DNA from: Macrostomum lignano
Taxonomy: Eukaryota
NCBI GenBank assembly: GCA_002269645.1
Contig: NIVC01003498.1
Coordinates: 1 to 39,346, forward strand
Reading direction: 5' to 3'
DNA: 39,346 nucleotides
Position numbers and translations under genes: made by a program. This document shows, piece after piece, positions 25,061-39,346 of this stretch; the first letter of the stretch is position 1, and the number at the start of each line of letters is the position of its first letter. The notes under the pieces are model-generated. The model worked only from the letters and a program-made list of their open reading frames with translations. It was not told the DNA's origin and did not search any database.

Positions 25061-26105
25061 GGTTCAGCATCCCTTAAGATTTGCAAGGTAATTTTCTATT
25101 TAAAAAACAGAATGGCTATCACTAAAAGGGTATTTTTCTTGTCACTGAAATGACTTTTGCTTGTTACCAAAAGGACTGTCACCAAAATGTCTTGTGACTG
25201 AAATGATTATAATCCCCCTAGCTATACCTGTTAAGAGATATATAAAAACCTCATCAAAAGGAAAATATAATAGAAAAAAATTAGCTTACCATTACCATCT
25301 ATAACATATCTATATAAGCTTTTATGATTCTTAACTTGAAATCATTTTTGCATTTGTGTAATACTTTAAATATATTTATTAGATAATTGTTACAATATGC
25401 AATATAACTTAACAAGTGATCTCAAATAGTAGAACTTTTTAGCTAGTATTCTTTTGCTCTTGTACATAGGTGTCACTTAGTTGTCCCTATATAAAAAATG
25501 CTTTTTAAAGTTGACACCACAACAATATCATAGCATAGGAGGGTTATTATAATATCCCATTGTTTAACATCAGATTGTTTTTGAAAATTTCTTAGTAACA
25601 AGCCTATTGACAAGCCTGCTAATAAAACCAAGCAGATACCTATTAAGCTGGAGAACTTTCATTAGAGCACACTTCTTAGTAGAAAAAAACCATGGGCTAT
25701 ACAGAATCACATGCATAATTGATACATTGATGACACATTTGCCATTTTTAGTGTACAGTTGTGGTTAAAGAAAAAGGTTTACTGCTCTGGGCAGAGCCCT
25801 TCATTGAAAGTTTACTGTAAACCCATATTCACTTGGCTGATGCTACACTTTGATGCCCCGTGTCTGGCTAATTGGAAGGTTGGGTTAATCAAATGCCTCC
25901 CTGCATCAAGCTTTTACGAGCTCCTTGTGTGTAGCTCATGGTTAATGAAGAATCTTCATATGAAATAGTCTTGTCGGACTTTGAATAGTACTAGTAGCAA
26001 GTAATATAGTGAGTGTTAGTAGTACATATATAAAAATAGACAAATTTGTCTCCGTCTATCGCATGCATGTGCTAGCCGGATTAACCAACAACCAACCAGC
26101 CAATC

Positions 26106-26561
26106 ATGGGTCGCATGCACACACCCGGCAAAGGCCTCAGCCAATCCGCTCTGCCCTATCGTCGCTCTGTGCCGCTCTGGCTGAAACTGAGCGCCGATGA
26201 CGTCATCGATCAGATCTGCAAGCTGGCTAAGAAGGGCCTGACACCATCGCAGATTGGTGTCATCCTGAGGGACTCGCATGGTGTCGCCCAGGCCCGCTGG
26301 GTGGCCGGCAACAAGATCCTGCGCATTCTGAAGGCCAAGGGCCTGGCCGCCAGCCTGCCAGAGGATCTGTACTATCTCATCAAGAAGGCCGTGGCCATTC
26401 GCAAGCACCTGGAGCGCAATCGCAAGGACAAGGACTCGAAGTTCCGTCTGATTCTGGTTGAGAGTCGCATTCACCGGTTGGCCAGGTACTACAAGACTCG
26501 GGGCACTCTGCCTAGCAACTGGAAGTACGAGTCGTCTACCGCTTCGACTCTGGTTGCGTAA
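26106..26561 (+). CDS. RPS13: 40S ribosomal protein S13 (uS15), 151 aa, intronless
   Basis: [58 protein letters not shown]. Intact ORF, with overlapping AATAAA at 26664-26673. Confidence 0.99.
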   Translation: MGRMHTPGKGLSQSALPYRRSVPLWLKLSADDVIDQICKLAKKGLTPSQIGVILRDSHGVAQARWVAGNKILRILKAKGLAASLPEDLYYLIKKAVAIRKHLERNRKDKDSKFRLILVESRIHRLARYYKTRGTLPSNWKYESSTASTLVA

Positions 26562-26892
26562 ATGACAGCTTGTTTGATTGCTCAGTAGCCAGTGATGGTT
26601 CTGACAGATGGCCGGCGAGTTTCCCAGTGTTCTTATTGTTGATTGGCTGAATTCGAGAACTCGAATAAATAAATATTAACAGCGAACAGTTGGCCAATCC
26701 CCTGTCTCTCATTTGGCGAGCCGCAGTGGCGCTCATTGGAAGAAAAATTATTCAATTGGCAAGCTTTTGTTTGTTTGTCTCCAGTGTTTTTGATGCGGAA
26801 TTGGTGCTGGTTATGACTAACAGTTCGATATTGTGCTTTTTCCGTCAGATCGCATCCTGTGTTTGACTGTCTAGCACACAGCACACCTGAGT

Positions 26893-27187
26893 GTCAGTTG
26901 CTGGGCCAGCCTCCCAGATCCTCAGTTGCTGGGCCAGTCTCCCAGATCCTCAGTTGCTGGGCCAATCTTCCAGATCCTCAGTTGCTGGGCCAGCCTCCCA
27001 GATCCTCAGTTGCTGGGTCAGCCTCCCAGATCCTCAGTTGCTGGGCCAGCCTCCGAGATCCTCAGTTCCTGGGTCAGCCTCCCAGATCCTCAGCTGCTGG
27101 GCCAGCCTTCCAGATCCTCAGTTGCTGGGTCAGCCTCCCAGATCCTCAGTTGCTGGGCCAGCCTTCCAGATCCTCAGTTGCTGGGCC
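26893..27187 (+). repeat. 28-bp minisatellite (same family as EHBP1 intron 1), ~10 copies
   Basis: Tandem units read directly. Confidence 0.95.
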
Positions 27188-27971
27188 GCCGCCATCCCAG
27201 ATCGGAAGGCAGATCATGGCACTGATACATAGCCTGGTCAGAATGAATCACTCTACAATGACAGTACATCTTAGTACTCGTAGTTTGCTACTGCTCGCTA
27301 CTAACAGTAGTTTCTGTTCTTCAAGTCGTTTATTTTTAGACACTGGTGCTTTCCTGGCTATTGCAACGCTTGGTTAAAGTTTACCTAATTATTTTACTTT
27401 CTTCGGCTGCAAAAGTCAATAGCCGAGATGAACTAATATAAGCTAACCAAAGTAGTATCATGGGCATATCGAATGGTCGATTTTGTTGCGCTTCTTTCAA
27501 AAAAACTAACTGGGTACGGTATCTCTGATCCTGAAGCTACACTAAACTGAAGCCCCGCTCTTGTCTATCCCCCTCATCCCAAAGCGGCTGGGGGAGAGAT
27601 TTTGCTGCAGAAATCAATCCCCACGGGGAACCTACCCAATGCCAAGAAAACCAGCGTACACAGTCAGTGCTGCCCCCAAGCCTTGTGTACGGATTGTACT
27701 TAGCAGCGCGTCCTTTTCCCCGCTGTAGGCAAAATGAAAGGTCTTTCCTTACCCTCCGCTCCTACCCGTGCAGACTCCACACCCTTGGGCCAGCTTTATC
27801 TGTTGGTCGAATTCCTCAACAAGAAGTTGGAAGGTGTTCTTTTCTCTGCATCTGCTAGCCGCGTAGCAAGATCCAATAAGCGAGCAGAGGTAAGCTATTG
27901 AGGTTTTCAATTAATTCGTTCTTTTTGTAATTTTGTACCTATATTCATTTTATCACGAGATTATGACACAA

Positions 27972-28655
27972 CCCTCCCAGATCCTCAGTTGCTGGGCCAG
28001 CCTCCCAGATCCTCAGTTGCTGGGCCAGCCTCCCAGATCCCCAGTTGCTGGGCCAGCCTCCCAGATCCACAGTTGCTGGGCCAGCCTCCCAGATCCTCAG
28101 CTGCTGGGCCAGCCTCCCAGATCCTCAGTTGCTGGGCCAGCCTCCCAGATCCCCAGTTGCTGGGCCAGCCTCCCAGATCCCCAGTTGCTGGGCCAGCCTC
28201 CCAGATCCTCAGTTGCTGGGCCAGCCTCCCAGATCCTCAGCTGCTGGGCCAGCCTCCCAGATCCCCAGTTGCTGGGCCAGCCTCCCAGATCCCCAGTTGC
28301 TGGGCCAGCCTCCCAGATCCCCAGTTGCTGGGCTAGCCTCCCAGATCCTCAGCTGCTGGGCCAGCCTCCCAGATCCCCAGTTGCTGGGCCAGCCTCCCAG
28401 ATCCCCAGTTGCTGGGCCAGCCTCCCAGATCCCCAGTTGCTGGGCCAGCCTCCCAGATCCCCAGTTGCTGGGCCAGCCTCCCAGATCCTCAGCTGCTGGG
28501 CCAGCCTTCCAGATCCTCTGTTGCTGGGCCATCCCAGTCTCCAAGATCCTCTGTTGCTGGGCCATCCCAGTCTCCAAGATCCTCAGTTGCTGGGCCATCC
28601 CAGTCTCCAAGATCCTCAGTTGCTGGGCCATCCCAGTCTCCAAGATCCTATGCTT
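27972..28655 (+). repeat. 28-bp minisatellite (~20 copies) ending in four derived 33-bp units
   Basis: Tandem units; lies between a GTAAGC donor (27890) and a pyrimidine-rich AG (28687-28688). Confidence 0.95.
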
Positions 28656-29251
28656 CTGGGCTCCGTCCCTAATATATTCTTTCTAAAGTCTAGTACGAGT
28701 TTAAGGAATATATATAAGTAACTATTAATCTTGCATAAAAGTGCAAATTACATAGAGCTGCAACTTGAATTGGTTTGGTGTGACCAGCGGAGCATGCCAC
28801 TGCACCGGATGCATGCTCAGGTTTAGCAGGTGGACTTAAAAAGTTAATTTCAGCCAGCCAACAAATACGCTACATATGGGGGTACACAGAGCCTCGAGCT
28901 AAATACGCTTTTTTCGGTTGCATTCTAAGAAAGAAAAACATTTGCATTGAAAGAAAGGATTGAGAGAAGCAGCTGCGAGTTTGCACAGAGATGATGTGCT
29001 TCTTTATGCCTTGCGGTGAGTTCTGCGCAGAGTTGTTTGCCTCCTCTGCTGAACTCAGTTTTTTTAGAGGGCTGGGGAGTGCGGAGACCAGAGCGTGGGT
29101 CAGGCTTGCATGTCGGTTGGCTCTGGACTCCTGTTTCTGTGCAGTGTAAGAAGTATACTTAAAATAGAGGTCAACTGAGCCAGAATAGAGAAGAACAAAA
29201 AGTTTTCAAGTTAAAGCAATGTAGAATATTTCTGAGCACTGCTGGAGCACA

Positions 29252-33189
<3,938 letters not shown>

Positions 33190-33758
33190 ACTGGCGTGTT
33201 TAATTTTTCACTGTAACTCGAATCTATCACACATTTGGATTTGCGCAACTTAGAATAAGCAGTTGATTAAGTAGTATAATTTGCTTTTTGTCACGTTTTT
33301 TAACTAAGCCTGTTTTGTAACCGCCCGCCTTTTAGCTCTGTGTATTTTATAAAGATATTTCTTTTTGCTAATAATATAGAAACCGTTTTGCTTCCTATTG
33401 GTGCAATAATATTTAAGCTACCGGCAAATTACCTTTTTATAGTAGTATGTAGCGGGCATAGCTATGACTGAAGTTTATAGTTTTTTTCAACTGTCTTGCA
33501 TGCGATTACAATTAGTGTTTTAATGTTAATTTTGAAATACAAAGCAAGTGCTTCAATATCGTTTGCTCGCCTCGGGACCATTGTTCAAAATGTCTATGGT
33601 ATTGATAATTTAGTTCAAGGCAATGACCGGTCATTGTTTGGAATTTTTAGAAGTGGTATAATTTTTCAAGTTAACGCGTATATTTTAAACTTAACATATA
33701 ACAATCAAAAGCACACTTTTAGCTATAGTTAATTCGTCGCACAAATGTCTCACCAAAT

Positions 33759-34140
33759 TTAGTTGAACTTGCATTGATTAAAGGTGCATCCATTGAAACT
33801 GAACTTAGCCACAGGGTTGTCGTGACTATCGTAGTTTCTCACTCGCTAGGAAATTAAGGAAGCGTTCACCGTGAATGTACATCTGCTTCCTCGTTTCGGC
33901 AGGTAAGCTTTCAATTTCTACTCGATCCATCTCGTTAACATCAAGTTTCTCGCCATCTAGGCACGGCAGTTCATCGTTAGAACGATCACTTTGAATGTAG
34001 TCAAGGAACGCGGCAAAGTCGTCGTCGCGTCGGTCGATGTTTGAAGTCTCGGAAATAAAGTTCAGTTCGAACGAGTCGACATTGCCTAATTCGTCGATAT
34101 GCAGATTGCGCCAATTGATTGGAAAATGAATGCCTTCCAT
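33759..34140 (-). mobile_element. Possible internally deleted Crypton-type (tyrosine recombinase) element remnant
   Basis: ORF 34140-33826 ends SLPAETRKQMYIHGERFLNFLASEK, resembling the helix preceding Crypton YR domains. An overlapping frame ends FSFNGCTFNQCKFN*, resembling Crypton C-termini. No catalytic core present. Motif recall only. Confidence 0.4.
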
Positions 34141-34396
34141 TCTATCGCGACTCTATGAAATTGATTCTACTCGCCCGATGAACAGCGACTCTTTCGTCTT
34201 GACCATAGACATATCATTCTCTATGATTTCGTGTGTTCTGCCGTTGTCTGGAACTGAACTAACTGATTTTTTCTAACCCTTGGCTTTTACCATAAACGTG
34301 GCAGATATTAAGATGTGGGTGAAATCCACACCCCCATTTCCGTCCCCCACCCACTTTGATTTCTAACCCCTAGCTGACAATTTGGACAATGATGTC

Positions 34397-34483
34397 GTCT
34401 GGAATTGAGATTTCAGTTAATGGTCAAATTGACACTCGCGCTACGCACGCTCGTCGTTATTAACTGAAATCTCAATTCCAGAC
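34397..34483. repeat. Perfect 25-bp inverted repeat with a 37-nt spacer
   Basis: GTCTGGAATTGAGATTTCAGTTAAT (34397-34421) and ATTAACTGAAATCTCAATTCCAGAC (34459-34483). Confidence 0.95.
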
Positions 34484-34553
34484 AACCACCCATTAAATGC
34501 AGCCTCGGACATTCTAACCACAGAATGCGAATTAAACGGCGTTTATTATTTAC

Positions 34554-35122
34554 TTAATCCAAGATACGCTTTCCAATGTAGCGGAGCTTTTGTCTATGGC
34601 AGCAAGGCTGGCGCAGTGACATTTAATTTGGTCCAACAAGCATCAATTTGATCCAAACGCGCGTGAGCCATTCGGCAAGCTCTTGCCTTCTAGCAACCGT
34701 CTGCAGGTTGTTGCGCACCGCTGGAATGTCAGCGCGTCTAACCAACAATTTTCAGTCGCTTTTCCAGAGCTCTGCTGATAGTCGAAGTCCGATGGCCAAA
34801 TGGAACTGTCCTTCAACTTCTGCTGCATTTTCTGCAACGTCAACAAAGGTTTCGTCTCAATTGCAGAGTAGCAGTTGGACCTGAGGCTCTGGCAATCTTG
34901 CAATGTCCTTTTGGTGTTCACCTCTATCGAGTGCTTCGATCACAAGCCAATGGCATTCGTTCGACAGCCTAGCATATGGCTAATCTTGCTTCTCCTCCGC
35001 AGCAGTTGCAGATGAAGCTATGAACTAAATTGATGCTTGTTGGACCAGATTAAATGCCGTTGTGCCAGCCTTGCTACCATAGACAAAAGCTCCATTACTT
35101 TTGCAAACATATCTTGGATTAA
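34554..35122. mobile_element. 569-bp fold-back/MITE-like element with 96-bp imperfect TIRs bounded by TTAA
   Basis: Arms 34554-34649 and 35027-35122 align ungapped with 13 mismatches by my count. Confidence 0.8.
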
Positions 35123-35761
35123 ATTCAATGCGCGGAAGCCCAAATGGACTGAAAAAAGCTATATAATAGTTTCATAGTAATTTATATTATCAGGATTTTA
35201 AGAACGTCTCTCAGGACGTCAAATTTGAGTTATCTGTAAACATGGGGTCTGCAGGGCAGAGGTGCTGCTATTTTATTTGGTTTTTAAACTTTTTGACTGA
35301 CGCCAATTGGCACAGTGATCCTACTATTTGCTTGGATACGGCTAACTTTGAGACATTTTGGCGGTTATGAGGAATCCTGTAGGATGTCGCGCTGAGAGTC
35401 CGCCGTTCGTAGTCTGTCATTTTTCGCGGTACCATAGCTCATACACGCACTATTATAATTTGCCCATTTCTACAACATCGATCAACAGATTAAAGCCAGT
35501 ATATGTACAATAAAGCTAGAAGTGTACATACACTGGCTGTATTGTCTATGGCAAAGCCAGCTAAAATCTTGACACAGAAGTGTAAAGTAACGATAGATCT
35601 TCAAAACTTTGCTGTAGAGTCTATGGTAAAAAGCATCGTCTAACTTTTTTCCAACTCCGTATTTACTTAAAGGTGGTTAACTATACTATCTGAATCCACT
35701 GTTTCAATTCAACTAATAAACTGCTTGTTATACGACGTAAATGAAAATAGAGGAGAACTGA

Positions 35762-37333
35762 ATGCCGTTATCGACGCGGAAAAGTAGCCGATCAGGCAGA
35801 TTGACAGCCTATTGGCTAGCTGTGTGTATTGTACACCAACTGGTTCTGTTCAAGCCAGTTCTCGCCATTCGATGCTTCAAAACTTCAATAGGTTCAACGG
35901 CGCACGACGTTGATTGCGGGCCTCTGGCCAGAGCCTGTCGAACCATTGTGAAGCCGTATAAGACGCAAAATAATAGCGCCGTGACCAATTGCATCGACAA
36001 TCAGTTTTTCGGCAGGTACATCTTCGACTGCGCTGTAGAGTGCCCGTTGCGGAAGCAGGATCAGTACTGGAACGAGATGGAGTGTTGCACAAGCAACATG
36101 TGCAACACCGCTGCCACCCTGATGTCTCGGAGATTTTGCTACATTTCTAAGGGTGAAAATTCTACAGCGAATGATGATATCAAGGTACGTGATCCCATGC
36201 GACCTGTATTGTTCTGAAGCATCCCGTTTTTCTCCAAGATTAATGAAATTAAGAAGAGTATATGCTCGTAACTGCATCAACGATTTGAGTCATTGTTTTC
36301 TATTTAAGTTAATGTCAATTATACAAGGAAGATGGGAGTTGAGAATACAGGAATTCCCATTAGAGAGGATATGGGAATACAAGGATCAGAGAGGGGAGAT
36401 GGGAATACAGGGATCAGAGATAGATGGGAATACAGGGATCAGAGATAGATGGGAATACAGGGATCAGAGAGGGGAGATGGGAGTACAGGGATCAGAGAGA
36501 GGAGATGGGAATACAGGGATCAGAGAGAGGAGATGGGAATATAGGGATCAGAGAGGAGATGGGAATATAGGGATCAGAGAGGAGATGGGAATATAGGGAT
36601 CAGAGAGGGGAGATGGGAATATAGGGATCAGAGAGAGGAGATGGGAATATAGGGATCAGAGAGGAGATGGGAATATAGGGATCAGAGAGGGGAGATGGGA
36701 ATATAGGGATCAGAGAGAGGAGATGGGAATATAGGGATCAGAGAGGAGATGGGAATATAGGGATCAGAGAGGGGAGATGGGAATATAGGGATCAGAGAGA
36801 GGAGATGGGAATATAGGGATCAGAGAGGAGATGGGAATATAGGGATCAGAGAGGGGAGATGGGAATACAGGGATCAGAGAGAGGAGATGGGAATATAGGG
36901 ATCAGAGAGGAGATGGAATACAGGGATATTAGAGAGGAGATGGGAATATAGGGATCAGAGAGAGATGAAAATGCAGAAGTGTAATAGAAAAGATGCCGAA
37001 TGCAGAGAGGAGACTTGTGCCCTAGACTAAAGTCTATATGAATCAGATTTCTACACGCTCACACAGCCCTGCAATCAGCCGAAACGCTGCGGCGTGAACC
37101 TGAAGACCGATGAGACGCGGTGTCTAGAGGAGGCGCAGTGCAACGAAGCGGATTGGAAATGCTGTTCCGGAGAGGCCTGCCTAAGCAAATGGGGCGTGGA
37201 GAAGGTGAGCAGCCGCTTAGTCGAAGACGAGAGCAGCGGAGTTGGACGCTTATTGGTGTCCCTGTGGATTGTCGCGATGGCCTCCGTGGCGCAGTACCCT
37301 CTCTTCTGCTGCACGGCTGTGCTGCTTGGTTAA
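35762..37333 (+). CDS. Two-domain Ly6/uPAR (three-finger)-like, probably GPI-anchored protein, 229 aa, 2 exons
   Basis: Exons 35762-36184 and 37067-37333 (GTACGT..ACACAG, phase 0). Hydrophobic signal-like segment before IRCF; domain 1 ends CCTSNMCN; domain 2 runs FCY..CCSGEAC; Ser-rich spacer then hydrophobic C-terminus; AATAAA at 37350-37355. Confidence 0.8.
36325..36965 (+). repeat. Purine-rich 26/28-bp minisatellite GGGAATAYAGGGATCAGAGAGG(GG/AG)AGAT filling the Ly6-like intron
   Basis: Tandem units read directly. Confidence 0.95.
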
Positions 37334-37572
37334 ACAGTGCTGTTTGATTAATAAAAACTCTTTAGAGAATACGTTAACAAACCTGTTAATAAACTGCTTG
37401 TCAGATATCGGTAATTAAAATTTCAAAACATAATCACCAGCTTTAGTTATAAGCAAGTTGCCGACAGCAAAAAAATAGGCAGAGTTGTGTTACTTATTTT
37501 GTTCAAAGTTGATGCGCTTGTACAGGCGTGCGATAATTGATCAGTACTATGGAACACCTCCCAGTCTCTCAG

Positions 37573-37716
37573 CTGTCTGTCCTTCAGCCTGTCTCTTGGC
37601 CTGTCTGTCTGTCCTTCAGCCTGTCTCTTGCCTGTCTGTCTGTCCTTCAGCCTGTCTCTTGGCCTGTCTGTCTGTCCTTCAGCCTGTCTCTTGGCCTGTC
37701 TGTCTGTCCTTCAGCC
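37573..37716. repeat. 32-bp minisatellite CTGTCTGTCTGTCCTTCAGCCTGTCTCTTGGC, ~4.5 copies
   Basis: Tandem units read directly. Confidence 0.9.
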
Positions 37717-37741
37717 ATACAAGTGAACGCAAGGCGGACGA

Positions 37742-38215
37742 GCTTCAGCCTAGGGGGCAGGTCCAATCTAGCTCAGCCAATGAGAGAGCAGTAAGGAGAG
37801 AGGTCAAAGTCAGATGGACGAAAACTCAGCCTAGAGGGCAGGCCTAATCTAGCTCAGCCAATGAGAGAGCAGTAAGGAGAGAGGTCAAAGTCAGATGGAC
37901 GAAAACTCAGCCTAGAGGGCAGGCCTAATCTAGCTCAGCCAATGAGAGAGCAGTAAGGAGAGAGGTCCAAGTCAGACGGACAAAAACTCAGCCGGCCCAA
38001 TCTAGCAGCCAATGAGAGAGCAGTAGGGATGGAGGTTAGGCGGACACGCGGGAAATTGGAAAGCCAAACTGTTTATCGGTCTGGCTGGGGACTGGCGCTT
38101 TAAAAGCTTTAAATATCTTGTAAAATTTAATATGTTTTTCAGTCCTTCAAATATAAAATCAAAAACGCCATTTTTGCTACTAAAAAGAGTAGATATCTAG
38201 CTATTTTAGTAAGTA
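37742..38215 (+). repeat. Dispersed repeat copy 2: ~3.5 tandem 81-bp CCAAT-containing units plus the shared tail
   Basis: CCAAT at 37777, 37858, 37939 and 38009; homologous to 2160-2870. Confidence 0.85.
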
Positions 38216-38916
38216 GTAATAATCGATAATGTTGAATAATTTTCAGAACACTTACAAAAAGATTTAAACGCACGGAAAAAAGTTTCAGTTGAAAATTAAT
38301 GGTTTATTTTTTACTATTAAATATATCACCATGACGCTTAGCGAAAGTCCTTTATAATAGTGGCAATCAACTAATTAATTTTATTTAAATTAATTAACAG
38401 GCCTGCTTTATAGTGCAACTATACGTCATATTTATTCATTTATAAAATAACTAATGAAAGTAAAATAACAAAAGTTGCCAGGAACAATTTTCATGTGTTT
38501 AGTTAACGCACTTTTCTATCGAATGAATGCAACGAGCAGATTGTCGAGCAAATTTGTTTTCATTTCTATTTAACAGCAACAACAAGTGCATCAGTTTTTG
38601 ACAAATTTGCTCTACTGTATAAATTTTAAAAGCAAGTTTTCTACTGTATCAGTCAGCTCCATGGGCGCGGTGTCACCAGCGCTGAATCGGAAATCCAATT
38701 CTTATACGGCATTAAATACTCCAAAATATACATTAGGCGAAAGTTTTAAAAAATGCACACACACTCGCCTATGATACTACTCAGCTACTTAGTAATATAA
38801 TATAATATAATACAGATACATTTTAAACACAAAAAATATGATTATTTATAATTAGAGGTAAAAAATAAATTGTTAAGAACGCTTCGGAAGAGGATGCCGC
38901 AGTCAAAAGTTGGCGT

Positions 38917-39065
38917 TCACCTGCCTCCAGTTCTGGAGTTCGAGTCAGCCACGTCAGGCCTCGTACAGTCCTTCACCGGAGGTGGCGCAGGCGGGCTGCA
39001 CGTACCAGACTCGGTCTGTCAGGTGCTGAGGCTGAGCCTGTCCTGGATCTCGTTTGGTCTCATGG
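38917..39065 (-). CDS. ARF6: Last coding exon of ADP-ribosylation factor 6-like GTPase; three 1-bp deletions (sequence error or pseudogene)
   Basis: After the acceptor CCCCTGCAG (AG 39067-39066): (A)[49 protein letters not shown]. This is colinear with ARF6 [44 protein letters not shown]. Upstream exons lie beyond the window. Confidence 0.85.
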
Positions 39066-39103
39066 CTGCAGGGGTTGAGTAGCATTAGTGTGAGCATAGA
39101 ATG

Positions 39104-39320
39104 GCATTAGGTTCAGTATATAATAGAACATCATTAGGTTCAGTATATAATAGAACATCATTAGGTTCAGTATATAATAGAACATCATTAGGTTCAGATT
39201 AGAAAAACTTTAGGTCCAGTATATAATAGAACATCATTAGTTCAGTATTAGAAGAGCATTAGGTTCAGGATTAGAAAGAGCATTAGGTTCAGTATTACAA
39301 CGGATTAGGTTCAGCATTAG
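39104..39320. repeat. 27-bp minisatellite ATTAGGTTCAGTATATAATAGAACATC in the ARF6-like intron
   Basis: Tandem units, degrading towards the window end. Confidence 0.9.
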
Positions 39321-39346
39321 AATAACACTAGCAATCTAGCGCGGCC

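Noticed and set aside
38870-39082. Plus-strand 70-aa ORF
   Set aside because: Antisense shadow of the ARF6-like exon.
39339-39346. Window ends in GCGGCC (partial NotI site), suggesting a clone or vector end
   Set aside because: Six bases are not enough evidence and no vector sequence is visible.

Overview
Eukaryotic (animal) genomic DNA with GC-rich exons and AT-rich intergenic sequence. The style, with nearly every intron filled by a minisatellite, suggests a Macrostomum-like flatworm; this is inference, not shown by the sequence. Host genes: 5-exon EHBP1 (minus, 3768-8572), intronless KDEL receptor (minus, 11700-12338), intronless RPS13 (plus, 26106-26561), a 6-exon tetraspanin (plus, 29252-33189), a 2-exon two-domain Ly6/uPAR-like GPI protein (plus, 35762-37333), and the last exon of an ARF6-like gene carrying three 1-bp deletions (minus, 38917-39065). 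The 12.4-26 kb interval is mostly transposon-derived. It holds a spliced DUF4806-like pseudogene, a young 1.5-kb non-autonomous LTR element, and a decayed CR1/L2-group LINE whose ORF1 is split by a 786-bp MITE. A probable deleted Crypton and two fold-back elements lie at 33.7-35.1 kb. Almost all long ORFs in the supplied track are translations of tandem repeats. The most interesting signals are the minisatellite-expanded introns, complementary (ATCT)n/(AGAT)n arrays flanking tetraspanin exon 2, possible KDELR-EHBP1 and RPS13-tetraspanin transcriptional linkage, and extended tRNA-Arg complementarity next to the LTR element's PBS.
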